Source: Raillietiella orientalis
Taxonomy: Eukaryota
Assembly: GCA_036172245.1 (NCBI GenBank)
Contig: JAYWIR010000187.1
Span: 1-36,746 of the forward strand
DNA length: 36,746 nt
Direction of reading: 5' to 3'
Positions 1-12,173 of this stretch are shown here, one piece after another. The notes under the pieces were generated by a model. It saw only the letters and a program-made list of their open reading frames with translations. It had not been told where the DNA came from and ran no database searches. Each line of letters starts with the position of its first letter. Position 1 is the stretch's first letter. The position numbers and the translations under genes are program-made.

Positions 1-38
1 CATCGACTCACTCGGGAGCGAAGGAAACACACGTCCAC
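1..38 (-). mobile_element. Piece A: extreme 5' end of an L1/Tx1-like element; the rest lies left of the window
   Basis: The reverse complement, GTGGACGTGTGTTTCCTTCGCTCCCGAGTGAGTCGA, is nearly identical to the 5' end of element M at 33511-33546. Confidence 0.8.
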
Positions 39-2800
39 TCGCCAAGGGATTCGGCGACGGGCTGAGGAACGACCGGGCATACTACCGCGCCCGTCTTTAC
101 TCTAGGACTCCCGACGTTCGACGCCTGACGTAGTATAAAGCTGGGGCTAAGCGACAGACCTGACAATCCGGGTCGGCCAGCTTGCTGGACGCCCAAGGCC
201 AGGAATGCTTAGCTCCGGCGAAAAGAAACGGCATCCTACGGGACAATTACTCCTCCTTGTACGCGCTTAGAACAACAGAGCGCGCCGTGGCGCAGCGCTT
301 TCTGCCGCAAGGCGCCCCAGCGCTACAGGAGGAGCAGACACATCAACTCGAGGAGCGTTTCTCGATGGCGGAGATCGTCTCCGCCATCGGCAAGCTCGAA
401 AAGAGAAAAGCACAAGGGGAAGACGTTCTGCCCGCGGAGTTCTACCAAGGCTTCGTGGAGGAGCTGGCCCCCCTGGTGCATCGGGTTTGCATGCTGATCC
501 GAGAACAAGGGAACGTCTTTAAATCGTTCCCGTCAGCTAGAGTACGTCTCCTGCCGAAAGGAGGAGACAATCGCAACGTAGGCAACTGCGTCTTATCACA
601 GTAGTGAATGCGGATGCGAAGTTGCTTGCCAAGCTTTGAGCTGAGCGACTGGGACGGGTGGCGGAATCCGTGGTGAGTCCGGAGCAGACATACGCTGTTC
701 CCGGACGAAGCATGGAGGCCAACCTGTTCCTCGCCAGTACATGGTGGCAGTTGCAAAAAAGCGAAGACCAGGGAGGTCAAGAGAATCCTGGAGTCTCTTC
801 TGACCAGGGATGGGACGCCCTTCATGGAAAAGCCGCCCCCGGTGCCCTTGCGATCGCAGTCGATCTGCGTAAAGCGTTCCATTGCGTCGACCAGGAACTG
901 CTTCTGGAGCTCCTGGAACGCTTGAGATTCCCGGCCGTCTTCCAGGCTTACCTGCGCTCCTGCTGGCGCTTCGCTCTAATAAACATCTCTTTCAGCGGCC
1001 GGCATGTGTACGGCGTGCCGGTTCGGCGTGGCATAAGGCAGGGTGACAGTCTGAGCCCCATGCTCTTCAGCATCTACTTCGAGCTGGTGCTGAGGGCATA
1101 CAGGGAGACTCTGGCAACCCTGCCAAGCTCGTGTCCCGGCACGCCTGCCGTGTCGGCCTACGCTGACGACCTTCTGCTCCTGCTCCCCGGGTATACCCCG
1201 GCGTCGACGCTCGAATATTTCTTTGAGTTGCTGCGTCGCGGGACGGGCCTCGAAGTAAACAGAGAGAAATCTTCCATCGTTCCAACATCACCACTACTTT
1301 TAAACAATACGGCGTGGGCCGGACGGCCGGACTGGATCCGCTTGGGGATCCCCACGGGCAGGTGCTTCAAGTACCTTGTCGTTCCGCTTGGGGACTTCTG
1401 CGTTGCAGAATCCTGGTCCGACAGTCTCCAAAAGGTGGAGTTGGCGATCGGCCCGTTCCGGAATGGCAAGTTTAACTTGCAGCAGCGGGCCGCGGTGTGT
1501 AACGCGTTCGCGGCATCCCTCCTTCGCCCCTTACTTTTTATTTGCATTGCCCCTCTCATCATACAGAGACAGACCAAAGCCCTCTTGAGGACCGCCCTTT
1601 GGGGTACAGCGTGGTCGCGAGTCCGATTGAAAGACTTGTGCGCTCTACGCAGGGATGGCGGCTTGGGCCTCCTTACGTTGGAGCGCATCCAACTACAAAC
1701 AACACTTCGAAAGTTAGCCCTTGCGGCTAGCTTATGGATGACGCCATGGTGCGTTCCGGCACGGCTCCTCGCCAGAAGAGCGACCGGTTGCGAAGGATTG
1801 TCCACGATTCTCGTGGCCTACCAGCGCAGCCTCTCCAGCTGTGACCCCGATTTGCGTCGAATGGTCGCCCAGATGAGGGGAAATACCTGGATCTCCTGCC
1901 TTCCCGCGAACTGCACTGCCTGGCTTCAGGAGTCAGCTTCCGCGTGGGCTAAGATCAACGGCACGAGCAAGGCGGAATACAACTGCCTACGACGAGGACC
2001 GTACGCCCGAACGCCGCTGCAGGATATTATCAGCACGCCCCGGAAGTTTCTGTGGGCTTCTTTCAGTCCCCTTGCCCCCGTTCTGTCCTCCCTAAAAAAC
2101 AATAGGAGCAGCAACGAGCGGGCATCGTGGGAAGTGTCCGGCCTCTTCCGATGCAGGAAAAAACCTTTAAAGGCGTGGACGACTCGAGAGCCCACGGACG
2201 CTGCCACCCCGAGCGTCCCGCCTCACGGACTTGAGCGCTGGGGAGAGCTGCTGTCAATACCTCCGGAGGAGGTGAAGTTGCCCCCAGCGTCTTGTTATTG
2301 CGACACACTCCCGTGGAAGTGGCAGGAGACGGCGTTGCTATTTCTGCACTGGAGACTGTTAAGCAGAGCACGCCTATCTCACTGGACACTGGGGAATGTG
2401 GATGCCCGCTGTGTCGAGTGCGGAGAAAGAGAAACCTTCCCTCATCTCACCCTCGAGTGTGTCGCGCTGGATGGACTCTGGAGTCGAATCTACCCAATCC
2501 TCCATCTTCCAGTAGGCGTCCCTAAGGAAATTTACCGTCGCCTCTTTCTGCGTCACGGCCTGCGCCCCGCTGCGTCTCTAGCAGTCTTCTGCTGCGTGCG
2601 CGGCATTGTGCAAAGGTGGCATGCCAGAAGAAGAGGCTTAAGATGCAGAAACGCCATCCACTGGACGACGATCTTTTTAGAGACGGCGACGAGGTGGCGT
2701 CTACCTTTCACAATAAAAACGGAACTTGACTGCATCCTTCACAGGATGCGGAGGACCGACCCAGGTGCCCAGTGATCCCTTCCGTGCCCCCCCCCTCTCC
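39..2800 (+). mobile_element. Piece B: L1/Tx1-like element, ORF2 from the post-APE linker to the C-terminus; 3' UTR truncated
   Basis: Starts at (L)AKGFGDG. Carries a Z-region (KAQGEDVLPAEFY), RT motifs and a C-terminal CVECGERETFPHLTLEC. The terminal hairpins seen in other copies are absent. Confidence 0.9.
182..2775 (+). pseudogene. Disrupted ORF2 (RT plus C-terminal CCHC zinc finger) of piece B
   Basis: ORFs 182-604 and 658-2775 contain EQTYAVPGR, VDLRKAF, GIRQGDSLSP, AYADD, FKYL and DGGLGL. There is a frameshift near 590 and stops near 131 and 637. Confidence 0.9.
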
Positions 2801-2864
2801 CCATATAACCGTTTTCACTGAGTGTCCGGCAATTTCACTCAAACCACGTTTCTTTCTCGCCCAG

Positions 2865-4763
2865 GTTCAAGTTGTGTTGCCATGGCGAGGTCACGATTGT
2901 TAACCTTCCCGAGCGTGTCTCATCCTTTCCAGAAGCCGTTTCTTGGCCCCGAGTTTTGCTGTCCCCAGCACGGTGGCACAAATCCTTGAGTGCGAAGACT
3001 CGTCGCGTTGCTTACAAGCAAGCCTCCTAGAGGGCAGGTTCAGCGCCTGGATCCCGCCCTCAGACCTCAAGGTCGCGATGGCATCGGAGGTAAGTGACAG
3101 TGATCCCTGCCCGTGCTACTTGCGACCTATTTTTAGCAAGGGGCAACAGAGAATTCCATGGGAATCCAGGCTCATGCCGATTCCTCCCTTCTGTGCTCGG
3201 TAGAGAAAACCATCCGCAGCTTGTCTGTGCAGCACAAAAAGAGGCAAGAGGACATTCAAGCATTGCTGAAGAGCTCGAAGTTGCTGCACGTGCCATCCAG
3301 AAGGGCGGCGAGAGGGCAGGAAATCAGATCGGTACGTGGACCGCCGTCGGATGTGAGACGATGGAGCGTCGCGACGCTCTCTCTTATTCGAAAATGGGGA
3401 TGTTCCAGAGGTTGGGAGTAAAGGATGGAAGCCCATCGGGGCAGAAGACAAACCACAGAAAGACGGCAGAGGATGTCCGCGCGGAACAGAGCGAGGAGGA
3501 CTTGAGGAAGCGTTGCCTGCGCATGCTCGAGGACAGCCTGGTGCAAGCAACGTGACTATCTGGCGGAGACAAGGTGGCAGTTGCGAGTCTCTGCCGTTGC
3601 TTTTCAGGAGTGCGGTCGCGGCAGGGGATGTGAGTAGCCTCCGTCAGTGGGAAGAGAAGCGCACGGCATGCGCGAATATTCTCTCGCGAGAACTCCATGA
3701 GGAGCTGAATCTAAATGCTGCCTGCTGCGCTTTGCAGGATAAGATCTCAGTAATCACGAACTCTAAGGAGGATCAGCATGGGTTGTTTGCCCAAAGGAGC
3801 ATGTTGTGGTTAGTCGGTTGCAGGTGGTCACTTCCAGTGCCTTCAGCTGTTTGCAGGAACGCAGTTTGTGCGAGAAGGAGTTGGCGGTCTTGACTTCCAA
3901 TATGCCGCAGACCATTATTTCAACCGTGGAAGAAATGCTGTGGAATGAGCTAAGATTTATGAGATTTTGGATCTCACGCATTAAGGATTGCTCAGCGAGA
4001 TTCTTGAGACTTCATTTCCCAAACATTCTTACTTTTCAACGGATGTATGTGCCTGGCATGGAATCTACTTATGAAGAGTTGCATGCTATCGAAATGGTAC
4101 AGCATCTCAGAATGCGAGTGGAAGCTCAGGATGAAAATTTTCGCAGGTTAGCACGTCTCTCCATGAATTCTTTGACACATTCTTCACAGCAATATTTGCG
4201 AGACGCAATTGGCCACTGCGATCCACCAGTCGCGAGAAATTGACGAACAAAACAGAAAGGCATCCGAGAGATTGGAAAGTATTGAGGAAAGGAAGAGACA
4301 GGTGAGGGCAATCATCGCTTTATTTCCATGTATACGTCGGTGATTTTTCCTCGTCCTTAGTGTAGCAGCTTCAACGATGGCCTCCTGGAGGAGCTGAAGC
4401 ACTTGAGAAATGCCCTGTTGTCGAAACTCCGAAGACGATGTCGACTGGGCAGTTCCCTGGTCGGCCTGCACGAATACAACCAGCTCATGCTGAAAATGTT
4501 CTATGCCTTGAGTGCGTGCAGTAGTCAAAGGTGCGTGTGCCTTTCGACGCGGGTTCATGTGATCATGGTCATCATTAGGATGAAAAGCTCTTGTTCTTTC
4601 GGGACATATGTTGGCAGCACTGCTGATGTAGGAGCGCCGGAAGAGGAACTGCAGATGTCTGTCGGACGGGCAGCCGAGAACGAGAATGAGGAACCCCGAG
4701 ATCTTTGACCACTTGAGAAAAGTTTCACAAGGATTCCTCTAGAACCGCTGCTCCATCAATAAA
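2865..4763 (+). pseudogene. Possible intron-containing host gene of unknown product, apparently disrupted
   Basis: Acceptor-like sites end at 2864, 3203, 3408 and 4360. Donor-like sites are GTAAGT 3090, GTACGT 3332 and GTGAGG 4302. Removing 3332-3408 joins ORF 3158-3421 to ORF 3094-3555 in frame. ORF 3806-4243 looks protein-like and AATAAA lies at 4758. Internal stops and frame changes are present, and no family was recognised. Confidence 0.3.
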
Positions 4764-7700
4764 GTTAAATGACGTTTGAAACTTGTGCCGAAAGGTGACT
4801 CGTTTTGTCACACCAACACGCCCAAGCTGCTCCGTGCACCTGCATGCTCCCTCGAACGACCAAAATAGGTCTACGGAACACAACGGGGAAATCCAATGTG
4901 GCGTCTACAATGGTGGTTGAATGCTGCGATCTCGAGAAGGCCATGAGCCAGCCGTTTCTCTCAGAGTCACTACCGGGAAGACCACGCCGCTCGCGGCTGG
5001 TGCTTCGGCTTCACCCGATCCATTCTTCTGGTCACTGTGGCGCGGAGATGGACAGCTCTGTCTGCGGCGCTATATGTATTTTGTATTTGGTCCAGCGACG
5101 CACGGACGGACGTCCTAGGGTCCTTGAGCCATTTGCTTTCAACCGCACGCAGCGTGTTCTCCGGCAGACTACGTTACCCATGGTCGGTCTTGTAGCCAAC
5201 CTCCGGTCTTTCCACATTCCGGACTACAGCAGCTATTACCTCCTTGCAGGGTCGAGGGATGGTCAGTGGACGCACTTTCTGTCGGTTCGCGGTTGTCTCT
5301 TATTGTTCCGGTCGGCACTTCCTCCTTTCACGTTTGCCATGTAGGGCAGACGAACTCTGAAGCTAGTTTTAAGGAGTAGCGGTGCTACTGCGTGTCGTGA
5401 AACGACTGAATAGATTCGCAGTTCACGCTCAGCAGGGAGCGCGGTGTCCTGGTGCTTTTCGATGTTTTCAAGGCGACCGTCTCCTGCAGCAAGCGCTTCT
5501 TCGGATTTCTGGGCTCAGCTCTCTTTCGCTTTTGGTGCGCGCACGTGGAGTATGCGTGGCTTTTTATTGCAGCTCCTTGCTGCTCCTTACCCTTTTAACC
5601 CTTGTGCTCTTGAGGTTTTCTTTGCCTCGATCCCCTCGGTCTGATGCGTCTGCAGGGACACCGAAATAAAAGGTCAAGAGGGTAGTAACGGGAACCCGGA
5701 AGAGTGCCTGCACGTTGCTCGCCTCGCTTCAGGTCGCGATGTGCTGGTGGCCAGTTAGCGAGCATGGATACACCAAATGCGTAAAGGCTGTTCTGCTAAA
5801 GGCCTTCCGCTCTTTCCGTCCCTACCTACCTCTTCCCTTCCTCTGTGTGACGTGCGCTGTCCACGGCTGATTTCATAGAATAAAAACCATCCGAACAAGA
5901 AGGAACGCCCTCCAATCGAGAGGAGGTCTCCTCATAGAGGTCACGACGTTTGCACACTAGAAGGCGCAGCTTAGGTGTCGCCGTATACGACCTCCATGAA
6001 GACCATGGCAGTCATAAGTGCCCGCTAGAGGCAGGCGGATGCGTGTTTCATCCAGCCCCTGCGCGCCTATCCTTAGAATGCGTTCCCTAAGCGCTCATGC
6101 GCCGGAGCTTCTCTGGAAGGTTTGCGCTCCCCGACCGCCTTGAGGGGAAGCGTCGAGCAAGAGACCTGGGGAGGTGGGAGGAGAGCGCAGGATTTCGGAA
6201 TACCAAGCGGGGTAAAGAATGTCGAGATCGATGAAGGAGGGAGGGACGCGTTGCCTGCGAAATGGTGAAGTTCAAATCGCCAACGGCAGCCTGCCGAATG
6301 GTCACTGTGCGACCCCAGCCTGCACTTCGCAGCCTGTACGAGCGCGATGGACCGCAACCAAGTGCGTGGCATGGGTTGGCTGGCGAGCTGGCAAAGGGAG
6401 CTTTCTCTCGTCGGTGAGCGGTCGCGAAAAGCACCCCTCACCGCGAGTTGGCATCGGATAGGTTCGCAACACCGAGCTGGGCGATGCAGGATCCACCGCA
6501 ACATTTGCAGGAAAAATCAGTGCGATGTCTTTTCGTCGTCCAGTGCGGTGGCTTCGAACATCAGGATTATTTTCCCTTTTTTCCCTCATTTATCTTCCTA
6601 TACTTGTCTTGCAGAAAGAGCTGCTTGCTTTGAATCCTTTGTGTTGGTCAGCATGCGCCCTTTCTTTGGGGGTGGTCTGCGTTGCTTCATTGGATTCCCT
6701 GCCCTCGTTGTTGTTTTTCGAACCGGAAAGTTACGAATGCTTGGGCTCCTTTCTCTTGCTGCCTCCGAAGGAATTCTTAGTATCTGCTCGAAAAGAACCT
6801 CGGAGCTTCCTGAAAGATGTTGATCCACTGTACACCGCGGCTGCGCGGGCGTGGCTTCGGAATTCTCTTCTAATAGCCTACAAGAATCGCCTCGGGAACT
6901 TTATCTCCTGGGAGGTGGAGCTCATCAGATGGAAACGTTCTGTGTTGGCGGTACGTGAGTCGCAGTAGCGAACTCTGTAGAAGGAATGCTGTTTCCGCTT
7001 ACCACGTACTCCATCAAGGTACCAATCGCCTACATAAAGTGCCAATTAGAGTTACAATTAAAACCGTTTATTTACACCACATCAAAAAAAATATTTTCGT
7101 GTTTTCCAGACATGTATTCAATTATTTTGGTATTTATATTTAGCTATTCTCCTCTCTATAATGCTTTTCAAATCTTTGGAATAAGCAAACGATGAAAAAC
7201 ATAAAAATATTCAGAGGCGAACTTTTCGATAGACCACCTTAGAGTTCTAACCAGTAACTACCACCCTCTACTTAGTGCACCTCCTAAAATGGCCAAACGA
7301 TTTCAGGGGAAATGTAACAATTCGAAAACTGCGTTGCTGTTTAAGTGGCTGAACTCCCAGGCAGCATAATTTTATGCAGAGAGTAATCATGGAATTCTTT
7401 CAGTGTTCTTCTTGGGTGTGGTTTAATTTTTGGATAAAAATGAAGACAACGCCTTCTTATATGGATGTGGAGAAATTGCTCTCTAATGCAGGACCTCTTA
7501 AGAAGAGATTGGAGCCAACATTACACTTTTCCGCCTGCAGCGAGAAGCTCCGTCGCCGTTGCAAAGGCAGCGGCGGATAACGGAGCGCTCCTAGACGAGG
7601 CAAAGCTCTAATCACACGTAGTTCAAGGCTACAGGCTTGAGCTTTCCACAATGTCAGTGCCTTGCATAGGGACAGGACGGGTGACGAGCTGTGGAGCGAG

Positions 7701-8159
7701 CTGGAAAGCGTCGGGTTCCGATGTTACGACCTCCTAGCTTTAATGACAGTGAGCATGCTCAAGCAGAGTGAAGTGCACTGGAATGATGCGGCCCTCTGTT
7801 CAGCGTCTGCTCCAAACCCCCTCGAAAATCAGGGATAAGCAATTCGTTTTCGGCTCTGGAACAGTCCCTTGTGGTCTAACTCTCAGTTACTTCGCCGGAA
7901 ATCGCCAACCACGATCCAATTGTAGCACTCGAGGTCCTCGACGTAGGCAGTCGCATTCCGCCTCGCTCGTCACTTTGATCTTATCCCAATCGGAGACTGA
8001 TTCCTGGAGTCCAGTCCGCAGAGATGCAGGAGATCCACGGATTGTCCCTCAACAGGGCAACCAAGTCCAGCAGCTGAAACCTACAATCGTTCAGGATACG
8101 GTCTTTGGCTAACAGGATTGAGGTCAATCCGAAACAGCCAGTAGACCTGTGACCGAGGA

Positions 8160-8720
8160 GTGGTCCCGCGTAAAGGAAGGGAGACTTTTACAACTTCCAC
8201 CAGGAATACAAGATGGCGGAGATTGTCTCCACCATGCCAACATTTAAAAAAAAAAAAGCACCAGCGGAAGACGGTCTACCAGCTGAATTCTATCAACACA
8301 TCGCGACAAAGCTGCTTCCCCTGGGGCACAAATTATGTATGCTAATGCGTGATCTGTCCAACTCGTTACGGTCAGCTAGAGTACGTCTCCTCACTGAGGG
8401 AGGAGACTTGCGCAACATTGGCAACGGGCGTTCCATCACTGTAGTGAATGCATACGCAAAGTTGCTCGCTCAACTCTGAACTGAGCGCCTGGGACGGGTA
8501 GCAGAATCTGCAGTTAGTCCGTAACAGACATACGCTGTTCCCGGAAGAACCATGAGGGCCAACCTGTTCCTCGCCAGCACCTTCCGTCAGATGTAACACC
8601 AAGAAGGTCAGATAGGTCGAGAGAGTCCTGGACTGTCCACTGGCCGGGAAAGGTAAGCCGGAGGGGAGTTGCGGCGCCTGGAGCCATCGCGGTTGCAGTC
8701 CATTTGCGCAAAGCTTTCGA
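8160..8720 (+). mobile_element. Piece C: highly degraded ORF2/RT fragment ending at the KAFD motif
   Basis: Translates as MAEIVS..KKKKAPAEDGLPAEFY..SARVRLL..ITVVNAYAKLLA, then TYAVPGRTM and VAVHLRKAFD, with many stops. Confidence 0.85.
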
Positions 8721-8785
8721 TTTTTAAACGGGTTTTCCCGGGGCATTTATTCAAAAAATAAAGTGCGCAAGTACTTCAGGAGTTA
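8721..8785 (-). mobile_element. Piece D: 3' terminus stub of an element
   Basis: The minus strand reads TTTATTTTTTGAATAAATGCCCCGGGAAAACCCGTTTAAAAA, matching the family 3' end (AATAAA, GC hairpin, A5). The right boundary is approximate. Confidence 0.75.
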
Positions 8786-8789
8786 CACC

Positions 8790-11700
8790 GCGAAGGAAAT
8801 TAGAGGAGGAGATGCGACTTGCTCTGCTTTAACCATGAAAGTAGGGGCATCCGCCCCCACGGAATCCGGGGCACTTGCTCCATTAAAATCGATGGCGACC
8901 GCCCCTTCGCGACCCTCTTCGCCAGCGGCGAAGAGTTGGAGTGCCGTCGTTGCTGCGCCATCCGCGGCTGCAGTAGCGGAGCAGACTGCCTACAAGGGCA
9001 GCAGCTACAAACCGTTGCTGATCTATAGGTAGGCAGTGTGTTGGACGAGAAAATTGCACGCTTCTTTGAAATGGAGCTGCAAAGACTGAATGTGAGGGAG
9101 CAAGACCTCGAGGGCCCATCCGTCCTTAGTAGGAGACAGCAAGTTGAGCTGACATGCAAAGAGGCAAGTCTTGTGCAGCGCCTGCTGAACAGTCCCATTA
9201 CGGTGAACGGTCGCAGGATCTTCCCTGTGACGGAGGACCGCTCCGTCGTGGTCCACCTCACGGGCGTAACACTACGAATGGAGAAAACCAGCGTCCATGA
9301 GGAGTTGTCAAAACATAGTACTGTGCACGCGTATTGGGCCAAACCCAATGTCTTCCGAACGTACGAAAGGCTATTCAGTGGAATGCCCGCAGCCCGCGTC
9401 AAACTACCAGAGAATGGTGGGCTTCCCCACAAACAAAATATCGGCGAAGAAAATGTCGATGCTTGGTACGTGGAAAAGCTCATGTATTGTGGCCATTGCC
9501 ATGCTACAGGGAGCTTAAAAAAACGGTGACCTCACATCCAATGCCACTTATGTGGTAATAAGAACCACATCCGCAAGGTGTGCTCCAAAAGGGAAATACT
9601 GTCACCTCCCGCTGCGAAAAAGGCAAAGGGGAAACGCACGGGAGAAGCGAATATCCTGGAACAGGCTGGGAAAAACCAGATGCCAGACCCTATGCCCTCC
9701 CAAGAAACCTCATTTAAGAGCATTCCCGACGAAGCTGGTGACAGCGAAGGCTGGCAGACGGTACAGCCACGAAGAAAACCCGGTAGTCCCAAACGAAACA
9801 CGGTGAAATCAAAAAGGCAGTGCGAAGAACCCTACCGCGAAAATCTCTGCGCATGATTGATGAAATTAGAGCGTGTGGAGGCAGTCGATGCCACCACCGG
9901 GAGAACGATTCCCCCCTCGCGTCCGGGAAAGCCGCGACGGTCAATGCCGAACCCTCTGGGGCTACAGAGAAGGAACCGCGCGCCGCGCTCGACGCGATCG
10001 AGGAGGCCGCCTTCTAGCAGGCGGTGGAAGAACTCGCGGCTGAACTGCAAGGCCGTGAGAGGAACTCGCGGAAAGATTTACGAAGGCCGGCCGCGAGGAA
10101 GGCTCCGGATGCAGATGAGGCCCATCCGGACTTCAGAAGTGCGTCTTCTTCAGCGGAGGCCCCACCAAATAAGACGGGACGTAATTCTTAGAACCCCAGG
10201 AGGCGCATCCGGATCCAGAAGGAGGTGGATGAACCGGGTTCCGAGTGGGAAGCCGGCAGCATGCGAGGCAAGGGTGGGAATCTCTTATTTCCCGACACCG
10301 TGCAGCTGGCGACCCCCATGGAATGGGAAGTTTGGATGGGTAAAGCCCCCTTCCTCTGCATGGCCCTGACGACGATTCGGCCTCCATGGAAGAGAAAGAA
10401 GCAATGCGCCACGCACCCCCTTTTCCATCCGTCCCTTTCGACCAGGTGGCGGGAACCGCACTGCCAAGTTCCCAGGAATAACCCCTGGGCTCGCCTGTCG
10501 CCGAAGGATCCGCGTGGCCTGTTGGAATGTCAACGGGCTGCGCGACGACGGCAACAGGCGAGATACAGCCGAAACCCTGCGAGAATTCGACATGGCGCTT
10601 CTGCAGGAGATCCACGTGATCACTGCAAGAGACGTCGAGGAGATCAAGAGGATCGCAGGAAGTCGGTTGTATTGGCAATGCGGCGACCGCCACACCTGCG
10701 GTGTCGCGTTCTTCCTGAAGCCAGCCGTCGACGCCCACGTGAGGAACGTACGCTTCGATGACAACGGTCGTGTTGGACAGATGATTCTATGCTGGCCTGA
10801 CACGATCGATCTCATCGTTACCAACGTGCATGCTCCAAGCGGCAGCAGAAAAGAACTCAGTTTTTCCAGTACCTGGAGCGTGACTGGCTGACGAATGCAG
10901 GAGTGCGCAAGGCCCACCTGATAGCCGGGGACTTTAACTTCCGCCTGCTCTCAGGTGCGTGCTGCACGCATAAGAACGTGCCAATCGAGTTGTGCTCTGC
11001 CATGAGCGCGCGCAAGTTGACGGAGGGACTTTCGGAAATGGAGAACAGCATCGACCACGTTTTCCTCGACCACGACATGTGTACTCATGTCGGTATACAA
11101 GGAAGGCTCCTGTCGACGCTGTCCGACCATTTCCGTCTGATGTTCGATGTCTGGCCACGCAATAAAGGACCTCCATCCAGGGCGTGGCGTCTACCGGGGG
11201 ATTGGACGAGACTCCCAAGTGCGGCGGAACAACTCCGCCAATTCCTGAGAGGCGTCACCGTCGAGGATTGGGACGTTTTCAAGCGTTCGGTCCGCGAGTT
11301 CTGTGAGGAGATTCCCCTAGGGCGCATACCCTCCGAGTTTGGGGAAGGAACTCGCAACCAAAGGGCTTATCTATACGCCCGTCGTTACGCGAGAACCCCC
11401 AACGTCCGTCGTCTGGCCGACTACCGAGCCGGGGCTGAGCGCCAAGCTTGGCAGTCCGGGCCGCCCACCCTGCTGGACGCCCAGGACCGCGAACACTCGG
11501 CCCCCTCAGCGACTCGACACATGCTGAGAAAATTTTATTTCTCCCTGTATGCCAGGCCGCCTCCCGAGCAGGACACCTCGCGACTGTTGCTCCCGGAAAA
11601 AGCCCCGGTCACAGGGGAGGAAGAGAAAGAAAGCCTCGACGTGCCTTTTACAGCCGGTGAAATCGTCACCGCGATAAAAGGGCTCAAGAGGAGGAAGACA

Positions 11701-12173
11701 CCAGGGGAAGACAGCCTGCCCGCGGAGTTTTTTCAAAGCTGCGCAGCAGAGTTAACCCCTTTGGTGCACACATTGACACAGCTGATCCGGGAAGAAGGCG
11801 ACGTTCCCGCCTCGTTCCGGTCAGCTAGGATGAGGCTCCTTCCTAAGGGAGGAGACCTCCGTAAGCTAACCAACTGGCGTCCGATCACTGTCGTGAATAC
11901 GGACGTCTAGTTGGTGGCGAAACTGTGGGCTGCGCGGCTCGGACAGGTAGCCGAATCCGCAATTAGTCCGGAGCAGACATACGCTGTTCCTGGGCGAAGT
12001 ATGGAGGCTAACCTGTTCTTCGCCAGCACATGGTTCCATGCGCAACAAGAAAATAAAGACCGCAAGGGATCTCTCGGCTACCCCAATATAAGGGTGACCT
12101 CTGGTCAGGGTAGGGACAACCAAACGGGTAAGATTGCCCTAGCGATCACAGTTGCTCTTCATAAAGCATTCGA
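8790..12173 (+). mobile_element. Piece E: element with degraded ORF1 and ORF2 (APE plus start of RT), cut off at KAFD
   Basis: ORF1: KSWSAVVAAP, CGHCHATGSLKKR, second knuckle near 9540. APE: WNVNG, LQE, GDFN, IDH, SDH. RT start: NWRPITVVN, KAFD. Confidence 0.9.

Noticed and set aside
658..2775. Prokaryotic RT system (group II intron, retron, DGR) suggested by YADD
   Set aside because: The APE domain, gag-like CCHC ORF1, DGGLGL and C-terminal CCHC motifs, TSDs and AATAAA signals all indicate eukaryotic L1/Tx1 elements.
4805..6968. Single-exon ORFs 4805-5344, 6347-6823 and 6525-6968 as genes
   Set aside because: They have non-ATG or weak starts and no recognisable domains, and they overlap ORFs of similar length in other frames.
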